This document shows positions 48,483-56,331 of a DNA stretch of 56,331 nucleotides, piece after piece. The position numbers were made by a program, and so were the translations under genes. Under the pieces are notes generated by a model. The model had not been told where the DNA came from. It did not search any database and worked only from the letters and a program-made list of their open reading frames with translations. Positions within the stretch are counted from its first letter, which is position 1, and the number at the start of each line of letters is the position of its first letter. The stretch lies in the IMG/VR virus record IMGVR_UViG_3300049048_000077, positions 1 through 56,331 of that record, one strand, 5' to 3'. The DNA comes from a virus. Its lineage: Duplodnaviria; Caudoviricetes.

Positions 48483-48818
48483 ATGGATCGCAGCGAAATC
48501 AGCATGCCCTTTGCGAAAGCCGGCACCGCAATCACAGCTGCAGCAGCAGCCAAGGCCGACGTCGCGGACAAGGTGGCAATGGCAGCGTCAGCGAATGCCA
48601 GCCCCGACACCTGGATGATCGTCAACTCCATCCCCTGGGGCACCGTCGCATCTATGGCTGCGGCTGCATATACGTTGCTGCTGATCACCGAGTGGTTCTG
48701 GAAGAAGCTCTGGAGGCCTTTTTTTGAATCACGCGGCTGGCTCAAGGCCAAGCGGCGGCGGGTCATCACCGTCGAGGAGTACGAATCCTCGGGCGATACC
48801 GACAAGGCCCCGCTATGA
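48483..48818 (+). CDS. Holin
   Basis: TM segment, basic C-terminus, directly upstream of endolysin. Confidence 0.65.
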   Translation: MDRSEISMPFAKAGTAITAAAAAKADVADKVAMAASANASPDTWMIVNSIPWGTVASMAAAAYTLLLITEWFWKKLWRPFFESRGWLKAKRRRVITVEEYESSGDTDKAPL

Positions 48819-49387
48819 ACGCAGACCGGGCCCGCGTCATCAAGGTGGCAGGCGGCGTGCTCGTCGCAGCATCAGCCGCCGTCGGCGCGATCCTGACCAA
48901 GTGGGAACCTGCGCCAAAGGATCCCGGCCTCGTCTACGCCGACAAGCTCGCCGGAGGCCTTCCCACCGTGTGCAACGGGATCACGCGCCACATCACCAGC
49001 ACGCCAGTAGTCGTCGGGCAGCGCTGGACCCCGGGTAAATGCGCTGAGGAAGAGTCCGCCGCTATCGAGAAGGTGCAGCGGCAACTCGCCCGGTGTTTCA
49101 CCCGCACGCCCCCGCAGATCGTGTTCGACATGGCTACCTCACACGCATGGAACAACGGCGCTGCGAACACGTGCGGCAGCCTGGCCATGGCGGCCTGGAA
49201 CGAAGGCCAGTGGGAGCTCGGGTGCCGCCGTATGAGTCTGTCAGACGACGGCCGCCCAGTGTGGAGCTTCGCGCGCACTGGCCGCATTCTGCCTAACGGA
49301 AAGCCAGAGATGCGCTTCGTGCAGGGATTGGCGAACCGCCGCACCGACGAGACCCGCAAATGCCTGGCAGGGCTTCCCACTACCTGA
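48815..49387 (+). CDS. Endolysin, GH24 lysozyme, probable SAR type
   Basis: Ala/Gly-rich N-terminal TM followed by E..Y.D..T.C.G; GL.NRR..E. Confidence 0.85.
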   Translation: MNADRARVIKVAGGVLVAASAAVGAILTKWEPAPKDPGLVYADKLAGGLPTVCNGITRHITSTPVVVGQRWTPGKCAEEESAAIEKVQRQLARCFTRTPPQIVFDMATSHAWNNGAANTCGSLAMAAWNEGQWELGCRRMSLSDDGRPVWSFARTGRILPNGKPEMRFVQGLANRRTDETRKCLAGLPTT

Positions 49388-49405
49388 CCACGTCGAAAGG
49401 CCAGT

Positions 49406-49609
49406 ATGAAAGCAATCGCCCTGATTCTTGCACTGGCCCTTGCCGGCTGCGCCACTACGAAAGGCCTTGAGGTATCCGCCGACGATGCTGCAGAGTGCGC
49501 GGCCGCTGGCTGCACTCCTTGGAGCGAGCGCCAGATCCAGGGCCTTGCCAAGCACTTCTACGGCCTGGGCCACAAGGCGGGCGTGAAGCAGGGCAGGGGG
49601 AACATTTGA
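49406..49609 (+). CDS. Small lipoprotein
   Basis: MKAIALILALALAGC lipobox. Confidence 0.7.
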   Translation: MKAIALILALALAGCATTKGLEVSADDAAECAAAGCTPWSERQIQGLAKHFYGLGHKAGVKQGRGNI

Positions 49610-49658
49610 TGAACCCCATCTTGTTCGCCATGTTGTGGTACTGGTGGAGGGCGTGGAA

Positions 49659-50177
49659 ATGATTCCAGGCCTTTACACCTACGTCGCCACAGCCCTTGCC
49701 GCTGGCGCCATTGCGTTTGCCGGTGGCTGGAAGGTGCAGGCGTGGCGCTACGACGCGCAGATCGCCGCCATCCATGCCAAGCACGCGGATGCCAAGCTCA
49801 AGCGCTCCGAGGCCGCTCGTGCGGACGAAACCAAGACCGCCGGGAAAGAGGGCGCGCACGCCACCAGCACACAGGAGAACTCCGATGAATTTACGACTTC
49901 GCAACCGGTGCGCGATGCCATTGCTCGTGCTGACCTTGCTCGCGTTGACCGGCTGCGCGTCGACGCCGAGCGCCGAGCCGCCACTTATCGCGCGCAAGCC
50001 CAAGCCGACGCCGCTGCCCGCAGCGATCTTGCAGATCGACACGCGGCCTTCGACCGCCACATTGTCGAGGGGGCAGCAGTGGTTGCAGAACACCGAGCAG
50101 CTCTTGCCCGGCGTGACGCAGAAGTAGTGCTGCTGCGGCGGCAGATTGATACCGAGCGGGCCCTGTTGGAGCCTTGA
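49659..50177 (+). CDS. i-spanin (Rz-like)
   Basis: N-terminal TM, GW.VQAWR, coiled coil. Confidence 0.75.
   Translation: MIPGLYTYVATALAAGAIAFAGGWKVQAWRYDAQIAAIHAKHADAKLKRSEAARADETKTAGKEGAHATSTQENSDEFTTSQPVRDAIARADLARVDRLRVDAERRAATYRAQAQADAAARSDLADRHAAFDRHIVEGAAVVAEHRAALARRDAEVVLLRRQIDTERALLEP
49885..50127 (+). CDS. o-spanin (Rz1-like), embedded in +1 frame of Rz
   Basis: RBS CAGGAG; lipobox LTGC; Pro-rich. Confidence 0.75.
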   Translation: MNLRLRNRCAMPLLVLTLLALTGCASTPSAEPPLIARKPKPTPLPAAILQIDTRPSTATLSRGQQWLQNTEQLLPGVTQK

Positions 50178-50224
50178 TCGAGCCGCCCCGGCCGGCTGCC
50201 GGTTCAACACACTGAGAGTCACCC

Positions 50225-50590
50225 ATGACCGAAAAGACCATTGAACAAGAGATTCAAGCCAAGGGCAAGACCGCTGCCCGTGTCACGCCGACTGACATCG
50301 AGGCAAACGTTGACGGCGAGTACTACTTCACAGCCGCTGAAGGCGTGCAGGCTGCGATGCATTCTCAGGATGAATTCACTCGGCTGACTGGTGCGCATGC
50401 CGAACTGAAACTGCTCACGTTCTGCGTGCTTCGTCTGAAAAACGGATTCACCGTTACCGGCGAGAGCGCCTGCGCCAGCCCCGAGAATTTCGACGCCGAA
50501 ATTGGCCGCAGGATCGCGCGCCAAAACGCAGTGCAGAAGATCTGGCCGCTGCTGGGCTTCCGCCTGCGCGACCAGCTGGCCAATACCTGA
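50225..50590 (+). CDS. Phage gp49/gp66 family protein (candidate nucleotide-signal sponge)
   Basis: LTFCVL.L.NGFTVTGESACASPENFDAEIG..IA..NA..KIW.L.G. Confidence 0.8.
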   Translation: MTEKTIEQEIQAKGKTAARVTPTDIEANVDGEYYFTAAEGVQAAMHSQDEFTRLTGAHAELKLLTFCVLRLKNGFTVTGESACASPENFDAEIGRRIARQNAVQKIWPLLGFRLRDQLANT

Positions 50591-50671
50591 TCACGTCGGC
50601 AAGGCCCGCCCCGGTGCGCCGGGATGGCCAAGTGGTCCTGCCCAGCCAGGCCGACACCAATCCCCCACCTC

Positions 50672-51043
50672 ATGAAAACCATCTGGATCGACGCAGGCTG
50701 GTATCCGGTGCGGATCGCTTTCTGCCCAGACGAATCGGCGTGGAAACGTCTCATGAAGCGTATGGGGCCGGAAGCAACCCCCTATCCGGCAAAGCCGACC
50801 GGGGCCGCTTGCTCTGCTTTCGAGGACTCGGACGGCGACAGGATCGTCGTTGTGACCTGCGGAGACGCCATCGAGGACTCAGTGGAGATCGTCTGCGCCC
50901 TGGTGCACGAGGCCGTCCATGTGTGGCAACGCATCCTCGAAAAGATCAAAGAGAAGGATCCGGGTTGGGAGCCGGAGGCCTACGCCATCCAGCACATCGC
51001 CAAGGGGTTGATCCGCGCGTATTCCAAGACCCGCATGCCATGA
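50672..51043 (+). CDS. Small HExxH metallopeptidase-like protein
   Basis: LVHEAVH...E.EAY. Confidence 0.6.
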   Translation: MKTIWIDAGWYPVRIAFCPDESAWKRLMKRMGPEATPYPAKPTGAACSAFEDSDGDRIVVVTCGDAIEDSVEIVCALVHEAVHVWQRILEKIKEKDPGWEPEAYAIQHIAKGLIRAYSKTRMP

Positions 51044-51228
51044 CCTGGCTCGTCGCCTCCACCGCCACTGAGATTCACGTCACACCCATGGACGACTACC
51101 GCCCGCACGACTTCACAAGCAAGTGCTGGTGCCGGCCGGTGGAAGGCGACGACGAACCCGACTTGTGGACGCACAACAGCCTGGACGGCCGGGAGGCTTT
51201 CGAGACTGGAGAGCGGCTCCCATCATGA
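51040..51228 (+). CDS. Small His/Cys phage protein
   Basis: HV.P.DD..PH....CWC.P...HNS.DGRE. Confidence 0.65.
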   Translation: MTWLVASTATEIHVTPMDDYRPHDFTSKCWCRPVEGDDEPDLWTHNSLDGREAFETGERLPS

Positions 51229-51290
51229 CTTCCCCGCCACGGCAAGGGACCCCCGCCGGTAGCCACGGCATCACCACCCGGAGATCCATC

Positions 51291-51566
51291 ATGACCCGTT
51301 CCCGCCTCCTGTTCTCTGCCCTGGCCGCCGCCTGCCTTGCCGGTGCCGCCGCGCTCTCTGCCGCTGCTGACCGTTTGGTGGGTGCCGTGAGCCGTGGCTT
51401 CGGCCGCCTGATCGCCGCCTGGGCTGAACCCTTTCAGCCGCAGGTCGAGCCGCCCAGCCAGGAGAAACCGCGCCTGGCGCTGGTAGCGGCGCGGGCCTTC
51501 GTGGCGCGCGTGCTCAAGCGACGACCTACGGTGCACCCTTCCTGGCGTATGTGCCCGTCGATTTGA
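51291..51566 (+). CDS. Hypothetical protein
   Basis: RBS GGAG; hydrophobic N-terminus. Confidence 0.5.
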   Translation: MTRSRLLFSALAAACLAGAAALSAAADRLVGAVSRGFGRLIAAWAEPFQPQVEPPSQEKPRLALVAARAFVARVLKRRPTVHPSWRMCPSI

Positions 51567-51590
51567 TCAGGGCGCCACGGCGCAGAATTG

Positions 51591-51619
51591 GAAAAGGCCC
51601 TCAAGGGGCCTTTTTTATT
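51591..51619. terminator. Bidirectional terminator ending late operon
   Basis: AAAAGGCCC-TCAAG-GGGCCTTTTTT. Confidence 0.8.
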
Positions 51620-51881
51620 GGGTCGTGAGCGGCGTTTCCGCCCCGTCGACCGACACCATGACACTTGGATAGTCGGCCCTGATCTCCAGCCTCGCGCCCA
51701 TGAACTTCATGTGATCGCTTGCGGGCGAGGCGGCTATACCTTTGCGAACCGAAGCGATCGTGTCGGTCAACTCCTTATGCTGGGCTGGCGACAGTATGAA
51801 CTTCCGCGGGTAGGCCTCAGCGTGGGCTTTCCAGTGACCGCGCAGCGCGGTAAGCAGCGTTTCGTAGATATGGGACGCCAA
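51615..51881 (-). CDS. Hypothetical protein (start uncertain)
   Basis: Open frame ending at terminator. Confidence 0.5.
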   Translation of the reverse strand: MASHIYETLLTALRGHWKAHAEAYPRKFILSPAQHKELTDTIASVRKGIAASPASDHMKFMGARLEIRADYPSVMVSVDGAETPLTTQ

Positions 51882-51914
51882 AAAAGGATCTCTTCCTAGA
51901 TTGGAGCGCAACAA

Positions 51915-52223
51915 CTATTTGGTGCGCGCAAGCGACAAAATACCGAAAACTCCAATAGCCAGGACAAGCGTCGCCTGAAGAATAATTGTGGCGAGTATTA
52001 ACTCCGTACCAGCAATTGAGTCATGAAGGCTGGCGGGAAGAAAATTCGCAAACAGGTTGTACTTCGGTAGCGACAACTGAAAGAACAAATTTGCAGCTAT
52101 CTCGCTACCGAAGTATGCGCAGATGTATAGCGCTGTAGCAGAAACCGCCCCAAGCGTCAGCGCAACTAGCACTGACATGATCAGTCGCGGCCAGGGTGCG
52201 TAAATTCTGGTGTTCTTCCGCAT
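51915..52223 (-). CDS. Two-TM membrane protein downstream of pilin
   Basis: Two hydrophobic helices, AT-richer sequence. Confidence 0.6.
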   Translation of the reverse strand: MRKNTRIYAPWPRLIMSVLVALTLGAVSATALYICAYFGSEIAANLFFQLSLPKYNLFANFLPASLHDSIAGTELILATIILQATLVLAIGVFGILSLARTK

Positions 52224-52233
52224 GTTATAGCCG

Positions 52234-52833
52234 TTAGCAAGCCTCATAGCCTGGGATGACGCGTGAACGACCCGCGCCCGCAATGCATAATCGACGCGAG
52301 TTGTTGTCGGTAATGACGCGATGCTTTGCAATTACTTCGACGGTAACGTTGTTTTGGATCGCGCCCGTGTCGTCCGTTATGCGCCCTTGGCGGTTGAAGT
52401 AGAGACGGCCGTTCGTCGCACCCGTAACTGTGAGTTCAACATTAGGTGGTGGCGAGAATTCAATGATCGTGCACTCGGTCTGCTCTGTGGGTGTACACGC
52501 ACTTTGGTTGCCGTCTCGCAATAGTCCATCATGCCAAATCAACCAGCCGCACTTGAAGTCCGTGGCCCCGCTCGAAACGCAGCCATTTGGGCCGGTATCA
52601 TTTTTCTTTAGGACCACATCGCCGGCATGCTTAATAGCGGCCGACCGCGCGGTAAAAATACTGCCTTGCAAGGCTTCAGTAGCTGAGCGCACCCGCCACC
52701 GCTCTATTACTGGGGTGAAGCTGGGAGCAGCCAAAGCCAACAGCAGGCCCGCGATTGCGACCACCACCATCACCTCGATGAGGGAGAAGCCAAGCTGCAC
52801 AGTGCTTCGGGGAAAACGCAAATTTTGAACCAT
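52234..52833 (-). CDS. fimT: Type IV minor pilin, FimT/FimU (GspH-like)
   Basis: Prepilin site G/FSLIEVMVVVAIAGLLLALAAPSF, AR..AI, GW, F...G, GR. Confidence 0.88.
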   Translation of the reverse strand: MVQNLRFPRSTVQLGFSLIEVMVVVAIAGLLLALAAPSFTPVIERWRVRSATEALQGSIFTARSAAIKHAGDVVLKKNDTGPNGCVSSGATDFKCGWLIWHDGLLRDGNQSACTPTEQTECTIIEFSPPPNVELTVTGATNGRLYFNRQGRITDDTGAIQNNVTVEVIAKHRVITDNNSRRLCIAGAGRSRVIPGYEAC

Positions 52834-53071
52834 GAGTGATCCTTGAGATAGGGGCGCCATATCGGACTGTGACGCCCGCGCAATCCTTGCCGCGCTATTG
52901 TTGCCTGAGATGGTACAGATACGAAACATTTGAGCACAGAGTGTTGCTCGATGCCGCTTTTCGCCACCGCACGGCTTCCAAATCAGGACGAGCGGTTTTG
53001 CAAAACGCTGGGACACGGTAACTTGCTGATGGAGACCGTGCCGGCAAGTGTGAGCAGGACGGGAAGCAGTC

Positions 53072-54376
53072 TCACGCCCTGGCAATCGGCACGTCTTCCC
53101 ACCGGGTTGTGTACTGGGGCGTGCACCGCTCCTGCCGCATCTTCCAGTCCTTGGCGGCTCTGTTGCTGCCCCCCGTCGCAGCCGAGTGCACTGTCCCCTT
53201 TCCATATCGGCTGTTGAGCGCGTCGATGGTTTCCATCAACTTGCTGCGGTCACGGTTGTCGTCTTCCTCATCCAGGTCCAGCTCCCCCTGCTGCACGTTG
53301 TCCGGGATCAGGTCCAGCAGCATCACCCCGGCCTTGGCCATCCGGTAGCCTGGCTCATACATCCGGCGCATACCCGTTGTGGCTGCCTGCACCAGCAAGC
53401 CGGTATCGGCAGTGGGCCGACGCAGTGGCACCGTCACACCCTTGCTGAACCGCGGCCCGTCACGGAAGGGGGAGGTGTGGCAGAACACCAGCAGCTGGCT
53501 CGCCAAGCTGCCCTGCTTGCGCAGCTTCTCGGCGGCGCGGCTCGCAAACTCGCTTACTGCCTCGATCAGTGGGGGTAGCTCTGTCACGGTGCTGCCAAAG
53601 GACCGGGTGCACGCGATTTCTTTCTTCGGCTCGGGGGCGTCGGTCAGGTCAATGCACGGCATGCCCTGCAGCTCCCGCACAGTGCGCTCCAGGACCACGC
53701 TCCAGCGTCGTCGAACCGTGGCGGGGTCCATCCGCACCAGATCCAGCACTGTATGCACGCCGCCCGCCTGCAGCTGCGCGCCGATCTTGCGGCCCACGCC
53801 CCACACGTCATCTACCGGCGTCGCCTGCAGCACGTCGTCAAGATCCTGGGCGGGGAGGGCGGCGAGGTTGCACACCTGGGCAAGATCGGCGGGGTAGCTG
53901 CCGGGCTTGCGCTCAGCGGTCTTGGCAATGTGGTTGGCCAGCTTCGCCAGTGTCATCGTGGACGCAATGCCCACTCCGCAGGGGATGCCCACCCAGCGGT
54001 CGATGCGTTCGCGGATGGCCTTCCCTCTGCGGACCAGGTCACCGCGCACGCCGTGTAGGCCGATGAAGCTCTCGTCAATCGAGTAGATCTCCTGCGTTGG
54101 CCCAAGGCCGGCGGCGAGGGTCATCATCCGATTGCTCATGTCGCCGTAGAGTGTGTAATTGGCGCTCAGCGCCACCAGGCCGGCGCTCTCCTCGAGGTGC
54201 TGGATCTGAAACCACGGCGCGCCCATCTTGATGCCCAGGGCCTTGGCTTCGTTGCTGCGCGCGATCGCGCAGCCGTCGTTGTTGCTCAACACCACCACCG
54301 GGCGGCCGATCAGGCTGGGCCGGAACACCCGCTCACAGCTCACATAGAAGTTGTTCCCGTCGACCAATGCGTACAT
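53072..54376 (-). CDS. umuC: Y-family DNA polymerase V catalytic subunit
   Basis: [36 protein letters not shown]. Confidence 0.96.
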   Translation of the reverse strand: MYALVDGNNFYVSCERVFRPSLIGRPVVVLSNNDGCAIARSNEAKALGIKMGAPWFQIQHLEESAGLVALSANYTLYGDMSNRMMTLAAGLGPTQEIYSIDESFIGLHGVRGDLVRRGKAIRERIDRWVGIPCGVGIASTMTLAKLANHIAKTAERKPGSYPADLAQVCNLAALPAQDLDDVLQATPVDDVWGVGRKIGAQLQAGGVHTVLDLVRMDPATVRRRWSVVLERTVRELQGMPCIDLTDAPEPKKEIACTRSFGSTVTELPPLIEAVSEFASRAAEKLRKQGSLASQLLVFCHTSPFRDGPRFSKGVTVPLRRPTADTGLLVQAATTGMRRMYEPGYRMAKAGVMLLDLIPDNVQQGELDLDEEDDNRDRSKLMETIDALNSRYGKGTVHSAATGGSNRAAKDWKMRQERCTPQYTTRWEDVPIARA

Positions 54377-54399
54377 GGCGGCACTCCCGGGGTCCTGTG

Positions 54400-54849
54400 T
54401 CAGCTGGTAGAAAAGAGCTTCACGCACCCGCGCACGACACCCCACACCTCAATGGTCTGGCTGTCGCGCGGGATGATGTCGGGGTAGGTTGGGTTGGCGG
54501 CGCGCAGCTTCACCCGGCCGGCCCGCTGGTGCAGGTACTTCACGGTGCATTCGCCGTCGACCATAGCAACGACGACGCTGCCGTGTCTGGGCCGCACCGC
54601 GCGGTCGACCACGATGATGCTGCCATCTTCGATGCCCGCGTCACGCATCGAGTCGCCTCGCACCTGCCAAAAATAGGTCGCCTGGGGGTGCACCACCAGC
54701 AGTTTCATGATGTCCAGCCGCTCCACGACGAAGTCGTCAGCGGGCGATGGAAACCCCGCCCGTACGCTCACGCCACAGATGGGCAAAGCGAACGACTGCA
54801 CGGCCAGGTCGTAAGGCACTGGCAGGGGGGAATCCAGAAGACTGTACAT
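54400..54849 (-). CDS. umuD: UmuD, leaderless
   Basis: AGFPSPA cleavage site, GDSM Ser, TVK Lys. Confidence 0.95.
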   Translation of the reverse strand: MYSLLDSPLPVPYDLAVQSFALPICGVSVRAGFPSPADDFVVERLDIMKLLVVHPQATYFWQVRGDSMRDAGIEDGSIIVVDRAVRPRHGSVVVAMVDGECTVKYLHQRAGRVKLRAANPTYPDIIPRDSQTIEVWGVVRGCVKLFSTS

Positions 54850-54858
54850 ATTTACAGT
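54841..54858. promoter_or_regulatory. LexA (SOS) box between divergent umuD and SRAP
   Basis: ACTGTACATATTTACAGT = CTGT-N8-ACAG, overlapping umuD start. Confidence 0.9.
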
Positions 54859-54888
54859 GTATCCGCAGAACGGGTGTACAGTGACGTC

Positions 54889-55548
54889 ATGTGCAATCGC
54901 TACACCCCGCCCGAGGTGGCGGACATTGAGCGCGAATGGTTGGTGTCGAGCCGCCAGCCTGTGCGCTGGTGGGACCAAACTCTGTTCCCTCGAGGCAAGG
55001 GTCCGTTCATCCGCCGCGCGCGCGACGATGCTGGATACAGCCGTGAGTTGGTCGTGGGGCAGTGGGGCCTTATCCCCTGGTTCGCAAAAGAGCCGAAGCT
55101 CAAGTACCCGACCAACAATGCCCGCAGCGAGGAGCTCGCGGACAAAGCCAGCTACAAGCTGCCGTGGGCACGCGGCCAGCGTTGCATAATTCCGGCGGCT
55201 GACTTCGACGAACCGAACTGGGAGTCAGGCAAGAACATCTGGTGGCGTTTCCGCCGCCCTGACGGGAGACCGTGGGGTCTGGCCGGGTTGTGGAACACCT
55301 GGACTGACAATGCTACCGGCGAGATCCACGAGAGCTACACGATGCTCACCATCAACGCCGACGCGCACCCGCTGATGAGCCGAATGCACAAGCCAGACCC
55401 CAAGCTGGCGGCCGATGCGCAGGACAAGCGCAGCGTGATCCCGCTCGATCCAGCGGACTATGACCAGTGGCTTGCTGGAACATTGGACGATGCGAAGGGC
55501 TTGCTGCGCCTGGCGGGGGTTGACGCCTTTGTGGGCGCGCCCGTTTAG
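54889..55548 (+). CDS. SRAP/YedK abasic-site-protecting protein
   Basis: N-terminal MCNRY, WGLIP, NNARSE, RC..PA..F.E, AGLW. Confidence 0.93.
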   Translation: MCNRYTPPEVADIEREWLVSSRQPVRWWDQTLFPRGKGPFIRRARDDAGYSRELVVGQWGLIPWFAKEPKLKYPTNNARSEELADKASYKLPWARGQRCIIPAADFDEPNWESGKNIWWRFRRPDGRPWGLAGLWNTWTDNATGEIHESYTMLTINADAHPLMSRMHKPDPKLAADAQDKRSVIPLDPADYDQWLAGTLDDAKGLLRLAGVDAFVGAPV

Positions 55549-55655
55549 GAAGAAGGAAACCACCTCATGGGCGCTCTGCGTCGCACCTCAACGCTCTTCA
55601 CATGCAGCTATCTCGACCCTAAATGGGCGGGTGGCCGCCGTCGAATGCGCGAGTT

Positions 55656-55910
55656 ATGAAGCAATCGATCTCTATCGCTGTATCTGATGACGTGCCAGAG
55701 GATGTTTTTGCTCGCGTGGCTTCCATGGCAGAAACAGTCGCCGCGACGGACTCCACTTTTGAGGGCGTGGCCATTGCTGTCACTCGTGCGCGCCTGGACA
55801 CTGTGCCCGTGCTTATTCAGGATTCAGACCTGATACGTCGGGAGCTGTTGCAGCTTCTGGTGGAGGAAGCCCTGAAGGGGCAGTCGGATTCGCTGTTCGG
55901 CTCGCTTTAG
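55656..55910 (+). CDS. Hypothetical protein (paralog of 56036..56248)
   Basis: 84 aa; aligns by eye with downstream ORF. Confidence 0.55.
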   Translation: MKQSISIAVSDDVPEDVFARVASMAETVAATDSTFEGVAIAVTRARLDTVPVLIQDSDLIRRELLQLLVEEALKGQSDSLFGSL

Positions 55911-56035
55911 GCACGCAGCGCGCTGCAAATGGCGTCAGGCTGACCGCGGTGTAAGCGGATTCCTACCGGCTTGAACGGCCAGAAATCTAGGCTCGGTTTT
56001 TTGCCGCCGCACGTGGGTTGAGTACGGATAAGCCA

Positions 56036-56248
56036 ATGAGCATTACAGTCTTCGTCGACAGAAAACTATCAGAAGCGGCCGTCAAAGAGGTTGAGCACCT
56101 CGCTCGGCATCTGGAAGAGCGTGATCCGAATTGGAAAGGGCGGCTGATCTGCGTGAAGCGGGGGCCCGCTACTTTCGTATCGGACACAGAGGACCCTTTA
56201 CGAGGCGCATTGCTTGAGCTTCAAGTCTACGCGTTGGTGAACAGCTGA
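56036..56248 (+). CDS. Hypothetical protein (paralog of 55656..55910)
   Basis: 70 aa. Confidence 0.55.
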   Translation: MSITVFVDRKLSEAAVKEVEHLARHLEERDPNWKGRLICVKRGPATFVSDTEDPLRGALLELQVYALVNS

Positions 56249-56331
56249 GCTGCGCAATGCGTGGGGGCGGGGGAGAAAACTTCAGGGGGGGTCTTCGCTT
56301 CTTCGCTGTTTCGCGGCTCGGCGCCACTCCC
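56162..56331 (+). repeat. Terminal overlap copy 2
   Basis: 166/170 identity to 1-170. Confidence 0.95.

Noticed and set aside
52834-53205. N-terminal extension of the pilin ORF (similar extensions on umuD, SRAP, cI, methylase)
   Set aside because: Family-defining N-termini and promoter/RBS signals place the starts downstream
56162-56331. Terminal repeat as a biological DTR or attL/attR
   Set aside because: It cuts through two genes, attP lies elsewhere, and the mismatches look like read-end errors; most simply an assembly overlap

Overview
The window is one apparently complete ~56.16 kb temperate phage genome in its excised, circular form. Bases 1-170 recur at 56162-56331, and an intact attP (tRNA 3'-end core flanked by arm-type repeats) lies between xis and int. 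The host is probably a betaproteobacterium, likely Comamonadaceae-like (inferred from the SSB sequence and high GC). The layout is lambdoid. A leftward PL arm carries bet/exo/ssb, an RNA ligase, a TGT/DpdA-like plus QueF-L-like pair, xis and int. This is followed by a cI/cro switch with 17-bp operators, cII, O/P-like replication, a nin region and a podovirus-type morphogenesis module (split P22-like TerL, portal, N4-gp56-like capsid, ejection proteins, collagen tail fibre). Next come a lysis cassette and an accessory region (gp49/66-family protein, FimT/FimU minor pilin, LexA-boxed umuDC/SRAP, thermonuclease). Best leads: (1) a BECR-like RNase ORF paired with a convergent, promoter- and terminator-delimited structured ncRNA instead of an immunity protein; (2) a minimal two-gene deazaguanine-modification module; (3) a six-copy late-promoter motif with invariant spacing and a candidate wHTH activator; (4) a tRNA-shaped RNA with a multi-hairpin insertion in the PL transcript. 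All family calls come from motif recognition by eye, not database searches.
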